From assembly GCA_951406725.2 (NCBI GenBank), contig OX597822.1:67084001-67148000 (forward strand): 64,000 nucleotides of DNA. The letters are read 5' to 3'. The notes below the pieces were generated by a model. That model ran no database searches. It was not told the DNA's origin and worked only from the letters and a program-made list of their open reading frames with translations. Source of the stretch: Octopus vulgaris (Eukaryota). Made by a program: the position numbers and the translations under genes. This document shows positions 57,768 through 64,000 of this stretch, in pieces; within the stretch, counting starts at the first letter, position 1; each line of letters opens with the position of its first letter.

Positions 57768-57813
57768 TCTTACTGCTGTTTCGGGAATATCAAGGACATC
57801 CCATCATCAGGGA
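57768..57813 (-). ncRNA. Minimal hammerhead ribozyme (core intact, weak stem I)
   Basis: Minus strand: tcc-CTGATGA-tgggatgtc(ctt)gatattccc-GAAA-cagcag-TA-aga. Confidence 0.6.
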
Positions 57814-57859
57814 TGATACGAGAGAGTTAAACAGAAGGAAATAGTAGAGATCAATATAA

Positions 57860-58172
57860 CATTTACGGTTGCTATGAATGCGATATATAAAATTAGCCTG
57901 AACAACCACAGATCTTTCAAGGTCCCGGAGTGATGCAACATAACACTCGCAGCATAAGTATGACGTCTAAAGAACGAGCATACCCCCCTTTAGCATCAGG
58001 TGGAAATTAATTACTGAAAACTTGTGGACCCTATCACAATGGAACAAGACTATGTAAATTGTGCATGGCAGAAAGATACATAATCCTTATAAATTCACAT
58101 GAGCCAGGAGGCTACGTGAACCCCAGGAGGGAAGCCGTGGGGGAGTTGTCCATATTTTCGGAAGTTTTTACT
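57860..58172 (+). pseudogene. Penelope-like element GIY-YIG endonuclease C-terminal remnant
   Basis: NNHRSFK..TLAA*V*RLKNEHTPFSIRWKLI / KTCGPYHNGTRLCKLCMAERYIIL..VNPRREAVG / SCPYFRKFL matches the pattern NNH..SF..W.LK...I.W.I...PY.N....C.LC..EK..I..LN.R.E....C.H..KFL as I recall it for these elements. Confidence 0.75.
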
Positions 58173-58293
58173 TCAAAATTGAAAAACCTAACTATCAAGC
58201 GAAGGAATAATGTTTTCGGAGGAATATTTCTTCAACTATCACCGGCATTCTTGTGTTTAAAAAAACGTTCTTTGCAGAGAACACTTATCGTTT

Positions 58294-58351
58294 AGAGAAA
58301 CTGAAGATATGTCTAGTTCACGCTAGATATGAAACCAACTGATTTTTTTCT
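58294..58351 (+). ncRNA. Hammerhead-like motif downstream of the GIY-YIG remnant
   Basis: gaaa-CTGAAGA-t-atgtctag(ttcacg)ctagatat-GAAA-c..; stem III and cleavage triplet degraded. Confidence 0.5.
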
Positions 58352-58375
58352 AGAACTGTTACTTTACACGTATAG

Positions 58376-58411
<36 letters not shown>

Positions 58412-58446
58412 ACTTTATTGACAAAGCTGCAAAAACCACACCAAAA

Positions 58447-58570
58447 ATGTTACTCAGTTTCACTTTCCCGTTCGTCAGGCAGTTTTTGGGAGACGTTTAA
58501 AAACTTGCCTTTAGGTTTTAAATTGCTAAGACCGCCCGACAAACGGGAACGTGAAACTCTGAGTAACAGT
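58447..58570. mobile_element. Divergent (inverted) pair of hammerhead motifs
   Basis: Minus 58447-58482 CTGACGA-acgggaaagt-GAAA-ctgag-TA; plus 58530-58570 ccgacaa-acgggaacgt-GAAA-ctctgag-TA-acag. Confidence 0.65.
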
Positions 58571-58674
58571 CCTTGTGATGTTTCTGCTGCTTTGTTAATA
58601 AAGCATATTACTCTGCCTCCGGTAATCGAGTACTATTTTTTCTACCTTATCCCATATTCATGCACTTACACTGG

Positions 58675-58751
<77 letters not shown>

Positions 58752-58917
58752 ATATTTATATATGCATACACCTATATATATATATATTATATATATATAT
58801 ATGTACCTATATTTATATATGCATACCCCTATATATATTTATATTTATATATATATATATATGGCTGTATGTACCTATATTTCTATAAGCATACATGAGT
58901 ACACCAATCTAGGCATA

Positions 58918-58987
<70 letters not shown>

Positions 58988-59062
58988 TATTTATGCATTG
59001 CTTATTCCTCTATACCTTCTTATGACCGTACATATCTAGGAAACAATACAATGACCTTATGC

Positions 59063-59248
59063 AAGGTGGCGAGCTTAGCAGTATTTCTTCTGTCTATACG
59101 TTCTGAGTTCAAATTCAGCCATGGTCAACTTTGCCTTTCATCCTTTCGAGGTCGATAAATTAAGTACCAGTCGCTTACTGGAGTCGATCTAATCGACTTG
59201 CCTCCTCCCCAAAAATTTCGGTCCTTGAGCCTAGAGTAGAAAAGAATA
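59063..59248 (+). mobile_element. SINE family A monomer (deleted head)
   Basis: gagttcaaattc..gcctttcatcctttcgaggtcgataaattaagtaccag..ctagagtagaaaaga. Confidence 0.85.
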
Positions 59249-59699
59249 CAGTATACTTAAGTATTAAGTATTCATCTAGTTGTAACATCGACCAGTTTTG
59301 AACCATTCATTTTATCATTAAGGCGGCGAGCTGGCAGAATCGTTCGCACGCCGGACAAGACACTCAGCTGTATATCATCCGTCTTTACGTTCTCGGTTGA
59401 AATTTCACCGAGGACGTACTATCGGTTGTCAAACATTCATTCAGACACACAAACATGAAATAAATACACAGCTAAGGACTAGGGTCGATGTTTTTGTTAC
59501 AAACTGCGCTAGAGTAATAAGCGTGTGTATATGTATGTGTATCCGTGTGTATATATATATATATATATATATGTATTTTATGCATATAGATATATCTAGA
59601 GGCAAGACATGCTTCTTCCCTCTTATTATTTAGGTCTTCTGAAGAGGAGTTTACACTCGTAACGTCAACAACGCTTAGATTTTTCCTTGAATCCTCTTT

Positions 59700-59912
59700 T
59701 TACCCTTTACTCTTTTAATTGTTTCAGTCATTTGACTGAGGCCATGCTGGAGCACCGCCTTTAGTCGAGCAAATCGACCCCAGGACTTATTCTTTGGAAG
59801 CCCAGTACTTATTCTATCGATCTCTTTTGCCGAACCGCTAAGTTACGGGGACGTAAACACTCCACCATCGGTTGTCAATTGATGTTGGGGACAAACACAG
59901 ACACACAAACAT

Positions 59913-59965
<53 letters not shown>

Positions 59966-60128
59966 CATATATACGACGGGATTCTTTCAGTTTCCGTCTA
60001 CCAAATCCACTCAAAAGCCTTTGGTCGGCCCGAGACTATAGTAGAAGACACTTACCACAAGGTGCCACGCAGTGGGAATGAACCAGAAACTATGTAGTTG
60101 GTAAGCAAGCTACTTACCACACAGCCAC
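59700..60128 (-). mobile_element. SINE family B
   Basis: Full reverse-complement copy. Confidence 0.9.
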
Positions 60129-61128
60129 ATTTATAATAAAACTATGCGTGTGAGTGTCATGTATAACTGTATCATTCTATATAAGTAATAAAATGCATAT
60201 AATCCATGCAGCAACATAAATTATTATAATTGCTTTGGACGTTTGAAGAAATAATAGCAAAAAAAAAAAAATCCTTAAAGAAAAACGGACTAAAATAGAA
60301 TTGATTTCGATTTTAAAACATCTCAACAACCACATGAAAGCCAAAATAATTTAGAAGTAATAGCGATAAAGTTACACAGAATACTGATTGACTTTTGCAT
60401 TTCGTTAAATAATGAGGCACGCCAGAAATGTCTGATATTTTGATATCTGCCTCTTGTTAAAAAACTCTAATCACGCGTTGTTGCTATCATTCACGTCAGA
60501 ATTGGAGCCGTTTTGACCGTCTCCTTAATCTTCAGTTCCCAACTCCAGCTTTTCTAAGAATATTTTTTTCTGAACATTATTTTCAGTTAATTATATTATT
60601 GTTTTTTTTTTATTATTATTATTATTTGTTCCCATCTATTTAGCTCAGTCGGTTCTCTTCTTACGCTTTCATTTCATTCTCTTTTCCGATTTTGTTTGTC
60701 GTAGTTACATTTATTTCCGTGTTCCTTCTTTTATATGTTGTTCGTTTTTACTTATTTAATTGTTAAGTTCCTATTCGATTTCAATATTTCACATGTGTTC
60801 TTACCATTACACTGCAATGCCTAATGTAAAGTAAATTAAAATTTCGAGAACCAAACGTCATTTATTTTAAAAGTATTTCTTCTTTCAATTACTCTTCAGC
60901 TTCTCATTTAACAGCAGTATGTTAACTGTGTAGCACCATCATTGGAATTTAGCACTAGATTATATAACAACATGCGATCATATAATACAAATTGTGTGTA
61001 ATCTACAGCATTGTTATTAAAAAGGACCTAAAAACCTTGGTTGGCAGAGTTTGTTCAGTCATACCCCACACTGATCTTTAGTTACGTCCCTTTACATTCT
61101 GAGTTCAAACCATCCCAGGATAGGACTT

Positions 61129-61822
61129 GGATCTTTACCTTTTGACCGACAGATTTTAAAAATAATGTTTTGTAGCTGAATACTTTCAAACTTCGGACAC
61201 TGGTAGAATGTGTCATACAAAATCTTTTACTCTTAGCGTTTTTGAGAAAAGCTTATATTTAGGAAGTTATTTCACGTTGAAGTTGTCCTATTTCGATAAT
61301 TTCAACCAATCAATGACGTGTATTCAGCTGAATAAAATTACTGCTGTTGTTTGTCAACAAGAACTTCCGGCGGTGTATATTTTGCTTGTCACTGTTATTT
61401 ATGACAACGCTAATCCTAATCCTAACTCTAACCCTAAAACCTTAACTCTAACCCTAACACCCAAAACCTAAAACCCTAACCCTAACCCCACAACCCTAAC
61501 CCTAAAACCTTAAAGCTAAAACCAGTGCAAACACACAAACGATGTCATAAGTAACAGTGAGAAACGAAAAATACACCGCCGATAGTTGTTGACAAACAAC
61601 GGCAGTAATTTTATTCAGCTGGATGTATGTCATTGATTGGTTGAAATTACCGAAATAGGACAACTTTAACGTGAAATAACTTCGTAAATATAAGTTTTTT
61701 CTCAAAAATGCTAAGAGTAAAAGATGTTTTATATGACACATTCTACCAGTGTCCGAAGTTTAAAAGTGTTTAGTTACAAAAAATTATTTTTTTAAAATCT
61801 GTCGGGCAAAAGGTAAAGATCC
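61129..61822. mobile_element. Non-autonomous TIR element (~280-bp TIRs) with telomere-like (CCCTAA)n core; possibly Merlin-like
   Basis: Ends ggatctttaccttttg / caaaaggtaaagatcc; arms are reverse-complementary; flanks taggactt / tagaacat match 6 of 8. Confidence 0.85.
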
Positions 61823-61953
61823 TAGAACATTCTTTTCATTCTTCATAGATAAATAAATAGGTAAAAGTCCCATGCTCAAGTTTATAAATACAATGGATCG
61901 TTCACTCATTCAAACGCTATTTTCCTTGAATCTATCTCAAAAATCTCCATTAA

Positions 61954-62146
61954 ACGTAAGGCCATAACACGTTGGATGTAACAGTGCTCGTACGACTACC
62001 GAAGCTAAGCAACATCAAGCCTAGTTAATCCTTAGATGGGTGACTGCTTTGGAAACTTAGTTGCTGTAGGCATCTCACACTCTATTGGTAGTACTCCAGC
62101 ATGGTCACATCCTTAGAGCTTAAAGGTATAACAGAATAAAAGAATA
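61954..62146 (+). mobile_element. 5S rRNA-derived SINE, second copy
   Basis: taaggccataacacgttg..ctcgtacga..accgaagctaagcaac..gcctagttaatccttagatgggtgactg..tgctgtaggcat, then gtactccagcatggtcaca..gaataaaaga. Confidence 0.8.
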
Positions 62147-62934
62147 TACTAGTATAATAGAAGGAATGTTTAGAGCGTCAAAAATGATTACGACATATAC
62201 TTCGGTTCTTTATGCTATGATATTAAATCTCGGCCATGCTAATTTTAAGATACTCTCAACGGGATGTACAAAAGCAACGTACTGAAAGTGGTAGAGAACT
62301 TCATTTTATTAGTTGAAATCTCTGTTATCTTCGCATTAAATGCCAGGCCGTGTGTCGATATTAGATACAATTGTAAAACTGTTTTAAATGACTATATTAG
62401 AACTTAGATGAACATAAGATTTCTCTAAGTTTAGTCACTGGAACTAAAAGATAATCTCAGTGCTTCCTGTAAAATCGTTTAAACATCTGCAGTTTAATGC
62501 CAGCTAATAATGACACATGAATAACAAAGCAATATCGCGATATCAAACTGAAGATAACGAATGTAGGTCGCTGTTTCGAAATTTACAACATAAATTCTAT
62601 TTTAAAATGTTCTTTAGCGTCCGTAATAATTATACAAAGTGTTTAAATATTTATCTAGTCATCTCACACGTGTGATGAATAAAGTCAAACAGCTTGGAAT
62701 GTTCTGATATTATTTACGTAGCGATTAGTATTTGTGATAAAAGACTGGTTATTATTCCCTAAAGGGCGAAAACGTACGCGGTGCAGAATAAAGTTGTGCA
62801 AAAACACTTAAGAAATAGTTGCAGTGGATGTGAACATAAAATTTCTCCCTTCTTGACTCGATAACATGTATATTCCTATTCGCCTTGCTTATCAAAACAT
62901 TATGTGTGTGTATGTCTGTAGATATATATTCTTT

Positions 62935-63136
62935 TATTTCTTTATTTGTTTCAGTCATTAGACTGCAGCCATGCTGGAGCACCGCCTTATTCTTTGTAAG
63001 CCTGATACTTATTCTTTTGGGTGCTTTTGCCGAACTACTAAGTTACGGGGACGTAAACACACCAACACTGGATGTCAAGCGATGGTGTGGGACAAACACA
63101 CAAACGAACATATACATACACATATATATATACATA

Positions 63137-63181
<45 letters not shown>

Positions 63182-63325
63182 GGCAGGCTTCTTTCAGTTT
63201 CCTACTACCAAATCCAATCACAAGACTTTGGTCAGCCCAAGGATATAGTACAAGATACTTTCCCAAGGTGCCATGCACTAAGACTGAACCCAGAACCATG
63301 TGGTTGGTAAGTAAACTACTTACAC
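62935..63325 (-). mobile_element. SINE family B
   Basis: Reverse-complement copy with internal CA/TA tract. Confidence 0.85.
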
Positions 63326-63330
63326 ACACA

Positions 63331-63431
<101 letters not shown>

Positions 63432-63505
63432 GTTCCACATCATCGCGTTGTTGTGTTATTTTTGTGCTTTCATGCTTGGATTAACTATACATATATATAT
63501 ATATA

Positions 63506-63630
63506 TTGGCCTGCTCGCTTAGCCAGCGGTGTGGCGTCATTTGAAAGCTAAAAACAAGGCGAAGCGCATTGTGACCAGTGATGTGTAGCAACATCTGACA
63601 GCCTCGTCCGTCACGGTGATGACGGTGATA
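63506..63630 (+). mobile_element. Stand-alone tail F module within (TA)n
   Basis: ttggcctgctcgcttagccagcgg..ctaaaa..gtgaccagtgatgtgta..acatctga; matches ~63856-63965. Confidence 0.75.
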
Positions 63631-63682
63631 TATATATATGTGTGTATATATATATATACACACATATATATAGATATACACA

Positions 63683-63975
63683 CGCAATGGCCCAGTGGTT
63701 AGGGCAGCGGACTCGCGGTCGTAGGATCGTGGTTTCGATTCCCAGAGTGTGAGTGTTTATTGAGCGAAAACACCTAAAAGCTCCACAAGGCTCAGGCAGG
63801 GGGTGGTAATCCCTGCTGTACTCTTTCACCACTCTATCTCCCACTCTTTCTTCTGTTGGCCTGCTCGCTTAGCCAGCGGGGTGGCGTCATTCAAAGGCTA
63901 AAACAATGCGAACGCATGGTAACCAGCGATGTGTAAAAACATCTGATGGTCTGGTCGGTCACGTGATCACGTGAT
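63683..63975 (+). mobile_element. SINE family C head with tail F
   Basis: cgcaatggcccagtggttagggcagcggactcgcggtc head; tail F begins ~63856. Confidence 0.85.
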
Positions 63976-64000
63976 ATATATATATATATGTATATATGTA

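Noticed and set aside
57925-57965. In-frame TGA in the GIY-YIG remnant as selenocysteine
   Set aside because: Neighbouring TAA stop and frameshifts show ordinary decay; the TGA is not in the CxxC motif
61408-61525. True telomere or chromosome-fusion scar
   Set aside because: Short, degenerate, single orientation and enclosed by transposon TIRs

Overview
AT-rich animal DNA dominated by microsatellites and transposable elements. The repeat families look like those of an octopus (coleoid cephalopod) genome; that attribution is my inference from recognising the repeats, not a database result. I found no intact host protein-coding gene, and almost all ORFs in the track are microsatellite artefacts (poly YI/HT/CV etc.). 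Family names A-H below are my own labels. Supported content: (1) many tRNA-derived SINEs of at least five head types, some as tandem multimers and some with swapped head/tail modules; (2) two copies of a 5S rRNA-derived SINE sharing its 3' tail with a tRNA-SINE; (3) two 3' fragments of R4/Dong-type restriction-like-endonuclease LINEs next to (TAA)n tracts; (4) two decayed mariner transposons plus an inverted fragment of one; (5) a ~690-bp foldback element with a telomere-like core; (6) a Penelope-like GIY-YIG remnant. The most striking signal is about 14 minimal type-I hammerhead ribozyme motifs, several with intact cores. Most lie in short inverted-repeat elements in or next to (TA)n tracts, and one family fuses a Pol III tRNA head, a (TAA)n tract and a hammerhead-bearing tail. 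All alignments, foldings and coordinates were done by eye and may be off by a few bases.
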